Counted from the whole stretch's first letter, positions 12,739 through 24,838 are shown. The stretch: 61,796 nucleotides of DNA, filler included, from Ionaspis alba (GCA_964255285.1; 5 parts of 5 records of this genome joined end to end with filler, not necessarily neighbours in it), one strand, 5' to 3'. Notes: a model not told the origin generated them from the sequence alone. Numbers and translations: made by a program.

Positions 12739-14918
12739 GGGGGGTTGGAGATAGTGGTGTATGGGGCTTGTGCTGGCCTTTGAGCTTGTGGGGCATTCAT
12801 TGCGTGTGTGATGGTGGTGGGAGACATTGAAGGCCTATCAAATGGTCTACTTCGTGTTTGATGGTAGTAGGAGCCCAAGGGGAGCCTTGAAGTGGCCTTC
12901 AAGTGGCCTGAGTTGTATGCTTGATAGGTTGGTCGGGATGTGTATCATATGGCTGGCGATGATCCTCGCAGATCAGCCTTGGCTGTTCATGCTTCATGCC
13001 TGTGAGGAACTATTTATATCAAGCATCTTCCATTGAGCATGCCATGACCCTGCTTGTGCAATAACCTTGAATCTCTAAATAAGTATATTATTATGTATTA
13101 TCCATCAACTATGCGTCGGTTGCTTCATGACGTTTGCTTGAAAGACAGTTGAAGAGGACAGAAGAGTTTCACTGCGGTGGAACTCCTCATTAACAATGAC
13201 ACTTTGATGACTAGCACATTACTACAATACGCCATACGCCTTGAACTTCTCTTCTTGCTCTTCCTGCTCTTCCTCTCCATAGAATTTTGCAGCTTCCAGA
13301 AGCAGATGCGCTGCCGAGCAAGTGAGGGTGCAGCAAAGCACCTTCGTACTTCGTAGATTCTACGCACCATCGTGGCGTTATTAGCGAGCCATTCAAAGAA
13401 GCTGGATTGCTCCGACGGCTCCACGCTTGTGGGATCGCATGGATTATTAGTGCCAGAAGAACGACTTGGTAGAGCCGCTTGTGCATGACAAGGGAGTGCA
13501 GTTGACGATTAAGCTTGTCGAGGTTGTTGGCTCCTGTGTTGTTCTGTCCAAGGGGAGGATTAGGGAGGCAGGCCCGTTATTCATTCTCCCTGCGGGATCC
13601 CTGAGTCGGTGGTGGGTAATGCGGGAAATGAGACAGATTTGGTTTGCCAATGGAGTGTCCTCGTGTATCACGACCAATTAATGCGTCGAGTCAAGGCTGC
13701 GCTCTGCAGTTGGCTGTGAGATTGGAATACCCTGTCGAGTCAGATGATAGGACACACGGCTGACTTCCGAATGATGGGCAGCAACCATCAGATATATGGC
13801 CACGATGGACTTTCAATTAAAATAATAACATCGCCAACCCTATCGTTGATCGTTATTGCTACAACCACCCTGAGGAACACCGAGCGCAATTATTAATTCC
13901 AGCGTATACGACAGCCACCGACTCTCCATCGCGACCAAAAGGAAATTATGCACAATATTGGCACGGCCACTATCCCTCACACTACGCTCCATCCGAGTTA
14001 GTCGCCCACTCGAAATGGTTTAAGCTTGTCCAACCCCTTGCGGCAACGCAGGAACCAACTGTCCGGGCGAGCCTGAGGACAGGCTTCTTTTCCTTCTTTC
14101 CCCTTGCTTTCGCAACGTCGCCATCGAGGACGGTCAACATCCTTTCTCCCCCTTCCTGACGGTGTGGTGTGAGAGAGTGAGAGAGAAGGGTTAAGAAGTG
14201 AAGCGGAACTGGAAGAGTACATCTTCGGTCGGAGGGGCAATCCATTGCAGGAATACACAAACAGAAACCCAACTTTCGATTTGCTACAGAAAACACCGCG
14301 TACCGCGAAAAGTAATCTTACGGCGCACAACGCACAACAGCAGACTCAGCAAATTCAGGACTTCACGGCAGCACACAACGCCAAAAATATCAATGGCCAT
14401 GATATCGTGGCTGTGAAACTCTTTTCTTTACGCAACAATGCACATTTAGCACACAGGTACGTCCGCAAAGCGCAACCATGGGCAAGACAGCCGAGAAGAG
14501 AATTTATACTTCCAGACACTGACATCTTGGTGACTACAGCTTCTTCAGCATACCTAGCCAGCTTTTACACTGGCATCCGCTCTTTCAACAACAAACCTTC
14601 ACTCAATAATCCACGCCTTCGGAGCTGATCTTCGATCGCATATTTGCGCCCAGCGTCCGCACTTCGACGCGCCCACCATTCTCTACGTACAACTTTCGAA
14701 ACAGTCACTCGCTCATAATCAGGCAAATCAATCATTTGGGTTTACGCCACAACCATCAAACGCACATGCGCCTCACATCTATAGTTCGATATTGTCGGGC
14801 TTAGCCTGTATATCAACGCACACTCAGAGCGACAGGCATCGCATCTATCCCAAGTTACCAAGGGATCAAAATCGTTTATACAAACGTCATACTGCTCCTT
14901 CATCAGTCAGAGATATAG

Positions 14919-16844
14919 ATGGAATTAATGGAGCATCCATCGAAAAGGCAACGGATATCGAGAAGTTCTAGAAGAACAGACTTCGCTAGCAATTCTGGCA
15001 TGGATACATCAAGGCCAATGGCTCTCCCTGGCATGGAAAACGACCACAAGGATATCAGCGAAGCTCAAGCCACCGATATCCCATCATTCTTGCACACCGT
15101 ATCATCACAGGATGATTCTACCTACCAATACAAAGAGATCCCACTCGAAGCTCCTCAACCAACTCCAGCTCCATTTGCCGGCTACAAAAGAGATAGTCTC
15201 CCACAAATCCAAACCGTGGTAACATCTGTCATGGAAGTGGTAGTGAACGATGGAAAAGGTGGAGGTGCCACCATGACCATGGATTCGATCCCACACGTTC
15301 CCACAGTCGTCTCTTTTCCATCCTTTGGACCTCTCACAGTCCCGCCTTATCCCTCTACCCCTCCTCAGACTTTACCTACAGTGCCAGGTTATCCCTTCAG
15401 TACCACGGAGGCATGGCCTGCGCATACAGAAGCACCTGGTGAAAAGAATTCTATGTCAATCCAGGTACCAGGCGCTAGCTCTCAAGTAGTACTTTCTTCT
15501 CCGCCATCTACTCCTCTACCGTCCAATTCAGCAATGTCTCTACCATTAGGTTCTGGCCAGTCGTATTTTACCTCGACCACTTCAGAACCGTCTCCATCCA
15601 TAACTTCTGGTAGTAGCAATATCAACGCCACTACATCTGGTCAGTCAATTCACCCATCTACCACTACCACTTGCCACTAATTCAATCAAGCATTCACATC
15701 CACAGGTGCCAGCACCACTTTTACCGGCATCGTCACCCTCACCCCCAAACCCTTCGCATCAAACTCCACGCGCACCGCTCTATCTAAGTCTCATATAACA
15801 GCTTCACGAACCGCAACTACTCTCGCCACATTAACCTCATCAAAGTCCAGCCATCCATCAGACTCCACACTTACCTCCCATACAAAAGCCACCTCCACAG
15901 CTATCTCCTCAAGCCTAACCCCCAGTTCCACCGACGCCTTCCTCGGCGGCTCCAACAACCCCGCAGGCACCGGCTCTTCCAACCCCTCCTCCACCTCAAC
16001 CACCACTTCACCCTCTACCTCTCCCTCTACAACCCCACCAACCCCCACCGTCGTCGGCAGCGTCGTCGGTGGTCTTGCAGGCCTAACCCTAATCCTCGTC
16101 CTCCTTCTAATGCTCTTCCGTTGGCGTCGGCGTAAACTCGGTCGCCCCAATCAGCTCCGCCCCACAGACACCGAACTCGCCCCCCCGAGCACCCCGCACT
16201 CCGCCATGATCGACCGCTCCAGCAACACCCCGTTCGCGGCTCTGGGTCTCGCCCCCTTTTTGCGTAAATTGAGACCGCATTCGGGCCAAACGACCGCGAC
16301 GACGGAGACGGCCGCGTCGACGGAACGCGGATTTCAGAATCTGGGAGGCAGGAAAATCGAAAGCGTGCTTGTCAGTGGCGGCGATGGCTACGGCGGTGCG
16401 GGACCTTCGACCGAGAGGGGAGGAGAGTTGGCAACGAAGTCTTTCTATCGCGATGAGTTGGGGACGTATGGTGGGCCTGGGGGTTTACCGTCTTCGATGT
16501 ATGCGGCTCCTGGTTCCAGCTCGGCCCAAATGCCGCCTGCGCCTTTTCCCGGTGCTTTCGGTGGGGTTGGGGCCGCGAGACCTAGGACGCCGGATGTGGG
16601 GGGTTCGGAGAAGGAGGTGGCGGTTCTGAGACCGGGGCCTGCGAGGATGCCCGTCACGAGTCCGGGGGGGTGGGGCACGCCGCCGCCGCCGTCGGGATTC
16701 ACGGGAACACCGCCGCCCGGGTTGAGAGGGACGCCCCCGATGAGAGGGTCGCCGGGGGAGAGTGCGAGGCAGGATGCTGTCGGGAGGAGTCGGCCAAGTT
16801 GGGATGGGAGTCGGGGGTCGAGGTTTGCGGAGAATATCGGTTGA
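14919..16844 (+). CDS. Ser/Thr/Pro-rich single-pass membrane protein (mucin/Mid2-like layout), 2 exons
   Basis: Intron about 15639-15690; S/T-rich region; TM segment VVGSVVGGLAGLTLILVLLLMLF followed by RWRRRK; cytoplasmic ERGFQ..GGRKI and terminal SRGSRFAENI motifs. Confidence 0.7.
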
Positions 16845-17187
16845 TTCGAATCGTTCCGGCGATGTGTCCACGCTGTTTCGATTCTTTGTCCGATAACGGG
16901 AGACCTGTCTGATTTGGGACTCGGGTTTGATGTCTAATGCGTGTGACACTTTAACTTCCTTCGAAAGTACGGTTTTCCGTTGTTTACTGTACTACGGGAT
17001 TCTTTTCTATCGTCGACCATCTTCGGCAGCTTCTACCGAGCGGGCGAGCGGGCGGGTCAGTGAAGCGAGCATGGCAACGTTTACTCGGGTTACTGTTTTT
17101 CTTCCGCATCTTTCAATTCTGTGTGCTGGTCGCTTGGGGACTGGCTTATTTGAAGCATTATGGAAGATTCTTTGTTTGTCTGGCTGG

Positions 17188-17234
17188 CTACTACTGCTGC
17201 TGACGCTGCTGCTGCTGCTACTGCTACTACTACT
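17188..17234. repeat. Imperfect (CTG/CTA)n microsatellite
   Basis: ctactactgctgctgacgctgctgctgctgctactgctactactact, in an intergenic/3' UTR position. Confidence 0.8.
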
Positions 17235-17989
17235 TGACTTCTACTTTGTTAATACTAGCGAAGAGTGACTGTATTTATTGTAATCTGGCGGCAGGCTTGG
17301 TGGATTTGGTAGAGGTTTCTTCTATTGGTGGGAGGATTAGGATGCGGGTGATGGACAATGGGATCGTGATGGTGGTGTTCTTGCAAGGAGAGGCTGGGGT
17401 GATGAGGCTTTTGAGCAGGAGGCAGCGGATCGGTGTATCTAGCTTCTTTTTATGAGTGAAGGTGGTGATGAATGAGATTCGTTGATCTTGAAGCTGCATC
17501 TGCGATGCTGTTGAAAGGAATCATATAAAAGTCAAGGCTGTTCCTACCGGTTGCAAGACCAATAGGACGTCGCATAAACATTCTCGTATACAATCCTTCT
17601 TGTTGGTTGTTTCTTGGCAGGCACGGAGATTTGCGCTCCGACATGCAGTCACGGTCTGGGCTTTTGGGCAGTGCAAGGTGGAGTCGGCGACTGTCAGCTT
17701 ATTTTACACTGCTCGACATCGTAACCGCCTGCGCCAATCTCGGTCCAACAGCATTTTGGGTCTAGTCTTTGTGTACCTGATCATCTGTGGCCTGCAGGTA
17801 GACAAGAATGGCGCATTTGCTGCAAGGTCTTCTGGGGTATAAGCCCTTGAAGGATGACAGGGGGTTTCTCTATGTATGTAATAATGTCGGTCCTTCTCTT
17901 GGTTGTTCCTGTTGGTTGTTTTCCTGCTCGGTCGTCGTCGTCGTTTGTTCAGGCACGGTGGGAGTGATTCTTCGTTTCTTGCTTTGGAA

Positions 17990-20403
17990 ATGAAGATGAT
18001 TATTTGTGGGATTGTTTCGTGTCTGTTGCTTGCGCGGTTGGGATATGGTATACTCCTCGTCTTAACATAGCTTGTTTTGGTTGCCCGTGAGAATACTCAT
18101 AGTTGTTTTTCTATAGCAAGCCCGATTGTGGAAAAGCGATTCTCAAACTTCAGTTCACCGGCAGCACCCTCGTTGACCGTCATTACCTGGACCGACGTTG
18201 AAGATGTCGATCACACCACTTTCTATCGCGTCTTGACCGTGCCCATACGAACCCTCACCCACACAATCACATATCCCTACCTACATACGACTTTTACAGA
18301 GACAGAAACAGTTATCGAAAACGTCCAAACTCGAACCCACAACAATGCTCTTCGGTGTGCCTTTGACAGTCGCGCATGTCCGGCTTACACCACGACTTTG
18401 CTACCGGCGGAGTCTGCCTTGAAGGTCGCCAACGAGGCAGCGTGTTTCACGGCCAACAATTACACGCAGAGGGCAGGCTTTGCAGGTGCTCCTTCTGTCT
18501 GCTGCGGAGAATGTCAGCTGCATTTTTTGAAGGTCGACGTGTTTTATTTCCCTCCGAAAGGCGCCAACGGTTCTGCTTGCATTAATACTTCAAAGGGGCC
18601 GTCCCTGACAACTGTTGCTTCGTTAAATGCCAGAGATCATGGACACCCCCAACTTCAAGCCCGGATGCAATCATTGGATGGAGGATCTTCTACGGTTCTC
18701 AATGGGCATACGTTGTTAGTTGATCCTGGTTCCAACTTAGCTTCACTTTATACCTTACTGACCTCGTTGCCAGCATTTCACCGTCAATATACGTGGGCTT
18801 CTCTACCGCCTACGCAGACAACGCCTGCGGCCTCGTGGGCAAGACCTACACCGACTTCACCTTAGGCTTCGCACCTGGAGAATTGTCAACCCTTTGGGCT
18901 CCATTCGTAGGCTGGCCGGCAGTATCCACCCGACCCTTCGATGTCAATTCAGTCACTTGTGGTGACAGACCGGTGATCTCAGCGCCATCTCGACTTCTCA
19001 CTTATGACCCTGATTGGGCAACATGCAGTCAAGATCTGTGGCAAGGAGTCGACCCTCCGCATGTCTTGACGCCTGGTGCAGCTCTAGTACCTAATCCTGT
19101 GACCACGACAGTCGCCGCCGATCCTGCTGTCACTCCTGCAAGTCCGAGCTCGGCTTTTGCTCTTGTTCCAGTTCAAACAACTATGGCTGCTTTCAATCCC
19201 AAGCCGATGCCAGGTATGAGTGATTCTGCAGATCCTGCGCAAGCTACACAGCCTGCTGGGCATCCCATGCCGAAACCTGCAGATCCGGCACCGCCCAGTC
19301 CGGCTGTTCAATCACCAGCACATAGTGCAAATTCAGCACACATTGCAGACCCTCCCAATCCAAATCCAGCTTCCAACTCGCCCCCAGATCCGGTTTCCAT
19401 GGTGGTCGCTTCTCACATCACAACAATTGCAGCCCAAGCACAACCACCTTCACAGCCGACCCCCGTAAAAGATCCCAATCTTCCAGACCCCCCACAGAAT
19501 CCATCCAATCCAGGAATCGGTAAAATAATCTTCAGCGCCTTCAACGGCGGTCCCACGACGCCTTTGGCGCAACCCATCGCAAATCTCCCAATAGCATCCA
19601 TTCTCGGAAGCGAGTTGGCCTCCGTCCTAGGAGCAAAACCTCTTGCTTCTCCAGCTCCCCAAGCTGGAGATCCTGCACCAAGAATCTCCCTCCCTCCCGC
19701 AAACAGCCCTGCCACCCCCGTCATCACCATCGCAGGCCAGCAAGCAACAGTACTAAACCCCACCACAGTTCTCATCGGCGGTTCCACCGTCACAGCCGGT
19801 GCCCCTGCCATCACCATCGGCGGCACCCACGTCTCTCTCGCTCCTGGAGGCTCGCTCGTCGTCGGCTCGTCCACCATTGCTCTCCCTAATACACCTGCCA
19901 CCGCCCAAGCAATCGCCACCATCGACGGGCACACGATCGCCGCAGCTGCATCAGGCCTCCAAATCGACGGCACGCCCCTCATCTCCGGCGGAAAAACCTT
20001 CACCCTCGACGGCGTTCCCGTATATCTCGGCTCCGCGGGTCTCGTGGCAGGCTCGACTACGCTTTCCGTGCCTGCGGCTACTGCGGCGCCGGCTGTCATN
20101 NNNNNNNNNNNNNNNNNNNNNNNNNNNNNNNNNNNNNNNNNNNNNNNNNNNNNNNNNNNNNNNNNNNNNNNNNNNNNNNNNNNNNNNNNNNNNNNNNNNG
20201 GGAATGGAGGTCCGATGACTATGGCTGAAGCTTCGGCGACGGGTGGTTCGGTATCTGGTTCATCGGGCTCGGGGAATGGGTCGGTGACGGGTATTGCGCC
20301 TTTTCGGGGTGGTGCTGCTGCCCGCACAGTGAGCGGGACTGTCTGGGTTTGGTTGCGGGGATTGGGCGCGCTGTGGGCGGTTGTATATGTAGCATTTTCA
20401 TAA
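17990..20403 (+). CDS. Predicted GPI-anchored cell-wall/adhesin-like protein, 3 exons, spans an assembly gap
   Basis: Signal-peptide exon MKMIICGIVSCLLLARLGY (intron about 18049-18116), then SPIVEKR; Cys-rich domain (CCGEC, DPDWATC); Pro-rich DP repeats; T-I-G-G/D-G beta-type repeats; omega-like site and hydrophobic C-terminus. Frame across gap 20100-20199 is unverified. Confidence 0.75.
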
Positions 20404-20511
20404 TGACCATTATAAATAGTCGACGGATATATATTCATATTACACACACCCCAAGCTTGGGATTGGTAATTGCCGTTTGCGTTCGAGAAAGGAAGCAGGG
20501 TCGCTTTATAG

Positions 20512-20600
20512 AGAGCACCGAGGGAGTAAGGAGGAGTAGCGAGGGAGCACGAAAGGAGTACGAAAGGAGAGCAGCGGAGAGCACGAAAAAGGCACGAAGA
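20512..20600. repeat. Degenerate ~11-bp tandem repeat (GAGYACGAAAG-like)
   Basis: gagcaccgagg-gagtaaggag-gagtagcgagg-gagcacgaaag-gagtacgaaag-gagagcagcg-gagagcacgaaaaag-gcacgaag. Confidence 0.6.
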
Positions 20601-21198
20601 AAAACTTTTGTTTTAACTTTTCGTACTAGGAGGGGCTCCGTATAGAGGAGCTTGAATTAATTGTTTGGTACCCGGCTACAGCTATGTGCGTTATTTACAA
20701 CAATATAGATCGATATTATTATCTGGCTCAATTTTTTGTTGTTTAAATTTAAAATAAGCAGCCTTTGCCTATTGTACTTTTAATGTAAATACTTGGCACC
20801 TAGAGGGCGACAAAAATCTGCCCCTTAATCACTCGACACTCGTCTGGACGCTGCCACTTTAGCGAGTGTGCGCGGTGAGTATTTCTAGGGTCAGAGTTGG
20901 TTCTATATCAACACCTGAAGCTCCACGAGACCAACAACTTGTCAACACTCACTCCAATCCATCTTGGACAATGATCACGAGTATGCCGTTGATTTCGATA
21001 CCGACTCTAAAACTGACACTACCACCCCTCCAGTGTTGAGTCACGACTACGCAACCATCAATAAGGGGGTGGTCTCCGTAGTGTGTAACTCTGTGGATTG
21101 ATTGTAGACTAAAAAGGGTAGTATGTACATACGCTAGTCACGTGCACTAGCGTAGCCTTGGCCCCTTGGCAACCCCTGAGTCTTGACCTAATATCCAG

Positions 21199-21815
21199 AC
21201 CTCGCCGTCGCCCTCTCCGCCACCAACCTAACCGCCGCCTTCCACGCCCTATTCATCCTCCTCTTTAACATCTCCTTCGCCCACTTCCTCATCCACCTCT
21301 GCATGCTCGCTTTCTGCATCCAGCCCCGCCTGCGAATACTCACCGCCAACGGCAACGTCAACAGCAATAGCAATTTCAACAGCAAACGTCCGCTCCGTAA
21401 CCTCACCATCTGCCCCCTCTAACCAGCTCGCGGCCGCTGGCGCACCTCCAGCCGCATCGACCCGGCCTACCACGATCTCCAGCTCCAGCAGCATCAGCAG
21501 CAGCCACAGCCACAGCAGCAACAATATCCCCAACCCCCATAGAGCCCTCCACAACCTCACCCGCGACCTCGCTATAGCAGAGGCGGGCTAGAGTTATGGT
21601 TATCGCCATGGTCATGGTCATGGTCAGGATCACTATCGTTATCAGCAGTAGCAGCAGTAGCAACAGCAGCTACCGAGCTACTTTGACGACAGGATAGTGG
21701 TGAGGAGTGATGTGTATATTTTTGAGGGGATTGGAGAAGGAGGGGTGTTGGAGGAAATAGCGCCGGCGCCGCTGTTTGGGGCACCGGGGAAGAAAAGGGT
21801 GCGGTTCGAGGTTTA
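21199..21815 (+). pseudogene. Probable pseudogene of a fungal two-TM membrane protein family
   Basis: After an intact acceptor (ctaatatccag) the frame reads LAVALSATNLTAAFHALFILLFNISFAHFLIHLCMLAF...CPL*PARGRWRTSSRIDP...QQQ...PP*, with a later PSYFDD. This resembles FHxxLIL..CM / PPPAYGxWRxSVRxDP / RPPSY proteins but has in-frame stops. Confidence 0.45.
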
Positions 21816-22690
21816 GGAGGAGGGAGGCGGGTTTGGAGGTTATGAGTCAGGAAGAAGAGGAGTAGAAATAGAGGGTTAAGATGGGATGGGATGGATGTAA
21901 TAAGATGTAAGAAGTTTATGATGATTGTATGAAGATTTATTGATTGATATGGGAATGGAATATCTTTGGGTAAGTGGATGAAAGAATGAGTAAGTGATTG
22001 GATGAGTGCTATACGTCTTAATTGAGAAGGGCACTTTTACCAATAGCGGCTGTCACCTGTCACTCTACCATAACTAGATGGTAGTGCAATCGGACTGGAA
22101 GCAGCAATCGCACAACGTCAGGGGGAGAAAGTCAAATGACTAAGCCTCTCCAAAAAAGTTCCTTCTTTTTTTGGCCCAACAGCCTTTCTGGACCAACCAC
22201 CTTGCGGGACGATATATAGCCATGGGGAGTGCAAAAGGGGTTTAGAGCACCCAAAGCCCCCGATTCTGACTAATCCCTCGACGTAATTCTCCGCATCTGA
22301 TGGGCTTCGAAGAAAGCACAGGCAACAGAAGGGCGCACGATAGAGGCTATGGACGGCGATCGAATTTGGTGTCCATTGTCATAGGCGGCGGACATACGCG
22401 GACAGCAGCGGTAGTAAAGAATTGTTATCGACGGAGGGGACCCTAAATCCAATGCGGGAGAGACGCTACTTGCGACGCCTTGAGAATTCGAGAACAATGT
22501 GCGAAAACCGATGGCCAACATACTGCATGGATATTTGAGCAAGACTGGTGAGGAGGAACAAGACGATTTCCACAGATAGGCGTTCTAAGCCGAGGGCGTT
22601 TGCTATCGAAAATAACTCGAATGGACAGCCGAATTTGGATGGTGGATCTTTCGTTATCCCGTTACTTCAGCAAAAACCCTTGCGGTAAGA

Positions 22691-23482
22691 TCACAATCCG
22701 ACTTGATGGAAGAGACGAGTGCTTCCAGGCTCGAAGTCCTCAAACCACGCTTGAAACTCCCTATTGGCCGAGGGCACTTCGGCTAGACTGGTTCGCAGGT
22801 TATTCTTGACCATGAACTCAAGAATAAAGTCTATGTCGGAGGCGTCGGTGGTCCTTTTACTTTCCTTAGATCTAGAAGATATCGCGCGACATTTGCTCTC
22901 AAGTAAGAGTGGTAAGTGCAGCACATTGAGTCCTGAACCTGTCTTCATCACCTTAGTTGACTCATCAAAAGGCGCTTTAAATGTGCCAGGAAACGAGAGG
23001 AACTCTATCTCAACCTGTTTTGGTGAAAAGGAACTAGTGAAGGTCGTATGGCGAGTTCGGGGGTCTATGAAGAAGCGAGAGTCTGATCTAAGTGCGTTTT
23101 TGGCGTCTCGAAGGCGAGCGGGAGGCGCTATAACGATGTCGATATCTTCGGTTATTCGTCTTGATCCTAGGGCTACAGCAGCGGCGCCACCAACTAATGC
23201 CCATTTGAAGTCCCCGCTGAGACAGGTGGCCAACGCCCTGCTGGCCTCAAGGACATATTCGTTCTCAGAGGAAATTGTATGGCTGCCAGTCATACCAGAA
23301 TGGGACGGTCCAGCGGCGACTTTCGCTTGACCTCGATGGCCGTGTTGGACAGACGCTGGCACGCTGATTCGCGGTTGACTTTGGCGATAGCTATGACTGC
23401 CAACATTCTGGAGTGGGATGTTGTCGCTGACTTGGACACGCCTGGCTGGCTGTGGAGGACTTTGATCACCGTTTCCACACAT
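22691..23482 (-). CDS. AbiEii/MenT(DUF1814)-like nucleotidyltransferase-fold protein, intronless (start may be Met at about 23293)
   Basis: Motifs WALVGGAA...RITEDID (GG plus DxD), VEIEF, LLESKC and KRTTDASDI (K..D..D) match the pol-beta-superfamily AbiEii-type pattern. Confidence 0.75.
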   Translation of the reverse strand: MCGNGDQSPPQPARRVQVSDNIPLQNVGSHSYRQSQPRISVPASVQHGHRGQAKVAAGPSHSGMTGSHTISSENEYVLEASRALATCLSGDFKWALVGGAAAVALGSRRITEDIDIVIAPPARLRDAKNALRSDSRFFIDPRTRHTTFTSSFSPKQVEIEFLSFPGTFKAPFDESTKVMKTGSGLNVLHLPLLLESKCRAISSRSKESKRTTDASDIDFILEFMVKNNLRTSLAEVPSANREFQAWFEDFEPGSTRLFHQVGL

Positions 23483-23920
23483 GACTTCGGGTCAGGAGTG
23501 CCTAATCAAAATGTTGAACAAATGCGGTCTTACAGTCTTTTGATTGCAGGTTGGAGTTGATTCCATGTCCCAAGCCAACGTTGATGCTTTATATCATTGT
23601 CCAGATGAGGTGGCTGGCAAAGGGGCCAGCGCTTAGCTGTTTCAATTGGAAGGATTTCTAGAACCCGGCAATAACAACGAATCAATTAGACTCTATTCGA
23701 GGACCTGCAAATAGAAATCTTTGAAAATAGCCACAACATCGGGTGCCAAACAGCAACTATTGGTTCTCTTTGCTTCTGTCGGGGAGCCTAGTCTCGCGAG
23801 AATCGCCGATGCAGGACCTGATGTTGACACAGGCGAAATAAGTCAGTTTTAGTTGACCAAGACCGGCATGACTGACATCCTATCAAGCCCAGCAGCTCTA
23901 GCGTAGGCGATTGCAAAGAT

Positions 23921-24598
23921 TTAGCCGCCGTACCTTGAGGTTTCGTCCCTTCGGCGTCTCCATTCTAAGCGCTGCGAACCCCTAATGGGCTCCGCCAAAT
24001 ACCGGAGATGAAACTCTCGATGAGCCGGTTGGAGCTCTTCAACAAAACAACGAGTACGAACTTGGTCAATGTAGTCGTAGACGTAAGCGAGATGACAGTT
24101 GATATGGCTTGCAAAAAGACTCGGGGGCGCATCTAACCAGGCATCGATGATGCTATCGACCAGAGCGGGTAACGGGGGAAAAGGAAACGGATCCGAGACT
24201 GCAATTTCTGGCGACAGAGGTGCCGAGGGGAGAATGCATTTCCATCGTCCAGCAGGCAGGAGCACGACGATGGTCCGCTGAACGGTGTCTAATCCACCAC
24301 CACCTGATGCGGGCGGCTGTAGAAGCCGAGACGAGCCCTCCATCAGCTCTGGCAACGGCTCCCAAGCCCGCGGATCCTCGCGTACGTAGCCAGCGTTCTT
24401 CAAACACTGAGCTGCATCGTCCACGTCGGCGACAATAACGAAGAGTTCGAACGGTAAGATAGGCACCCCGTAAAAGATGAGCGCGTCTTCGGCCCAGATG
24501 ACACATGGGACTCCGTGTTTGCGAAGGATCCTGAGAGCCTGAAAACGTGATTCGGCATATTTTTCTTGTGACGCTTGATGAGCCTGCTTTACGTCCAT
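23921..24598 (-). CDS. Hypothetical protein (225 aa) with a degenerate nucleotidyltransferase-like N-terminus
   Basis: ATG at 24598. LRKHGVPCVIWAEDALIFYGVPILPFELFVIVADVDDAAQCLKNAGY parallels the NTase pattern LxxxGIPYxxxGGxAxxxYGxPRxTxDIDxxV...AxxxLxxxGY, but lacks GG and DxD. Confidence 0.65.
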   Translation of the reverse strand: MDVKQAHQASQEKYAESRFQALRILRKHGVPCVIWAEDALIFYGVPILPFELFVIVADVDDAAQCLKNAGYVREDPRAWEPLPELMEGSSRLLQPPASGGGGLDTVQRTIVVLLPAGRWKCILPSAPLSPEIAVSDPFPFPPLPALVDSIIDAWLDAPPSLFASHINCHLAYVYDYIDQVRTRCFVEELQPAHREFHLRYLAEPIRGSQRLEWRRRRDETSRYGG

Positions 24599-24738
24599 TT
24601 GCGGGTAAATTAGTTGCACCTTCACCGGCAGATGGAATAGAAAGTTCAGCCGAAACCTCGTTGTCGAACTTGGATGACAACAAAGACAATGGCCGCGTAA
24701 ACTCAGATGTAGCTTGAAGATGAGAAGGTGGAAAGCGG

Positions 24739-24838
24739 NNNNNNNNNNNNNNNNNNNNNNNNNNNNNNNNNNNNNNNNNNNNTTAATTAATTAANNNNNN
24801 NNNNNNNNNNNNNNNNNNNNNNNNNNNNNNNNNNNNNN
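24739..24838. other. Artificial scaffold-joining linker
   Basis: N44-TTAATTAATTAA-N44. Confidence 0.97.

Noticed and set aside
13125..14628. Cluster of 70-130 aa ORFs on both strands
   Set aside because: No motifs or coding-like pattern; most likely intergenic or UTR sequence.
19413..20447. 344-aa minus-strand ORF
   Set aside because: Antisense shadow of the GC-rich GPI-protein exon, and it reads through Ns.
20512..20600. Short repeats as a possible CRISPR-like array
   Set aside because: Units are about 11 bp, degenerate and contiguous, with no spacers and no cas genes; the context is eukaryotic.
22764..23330. 188-aa plus-strand ORF as a possible overlapping antitoxin
   Set aside because: TTG start, entirely antisense to the NTase, and no independent motif; typical shadow ORF.
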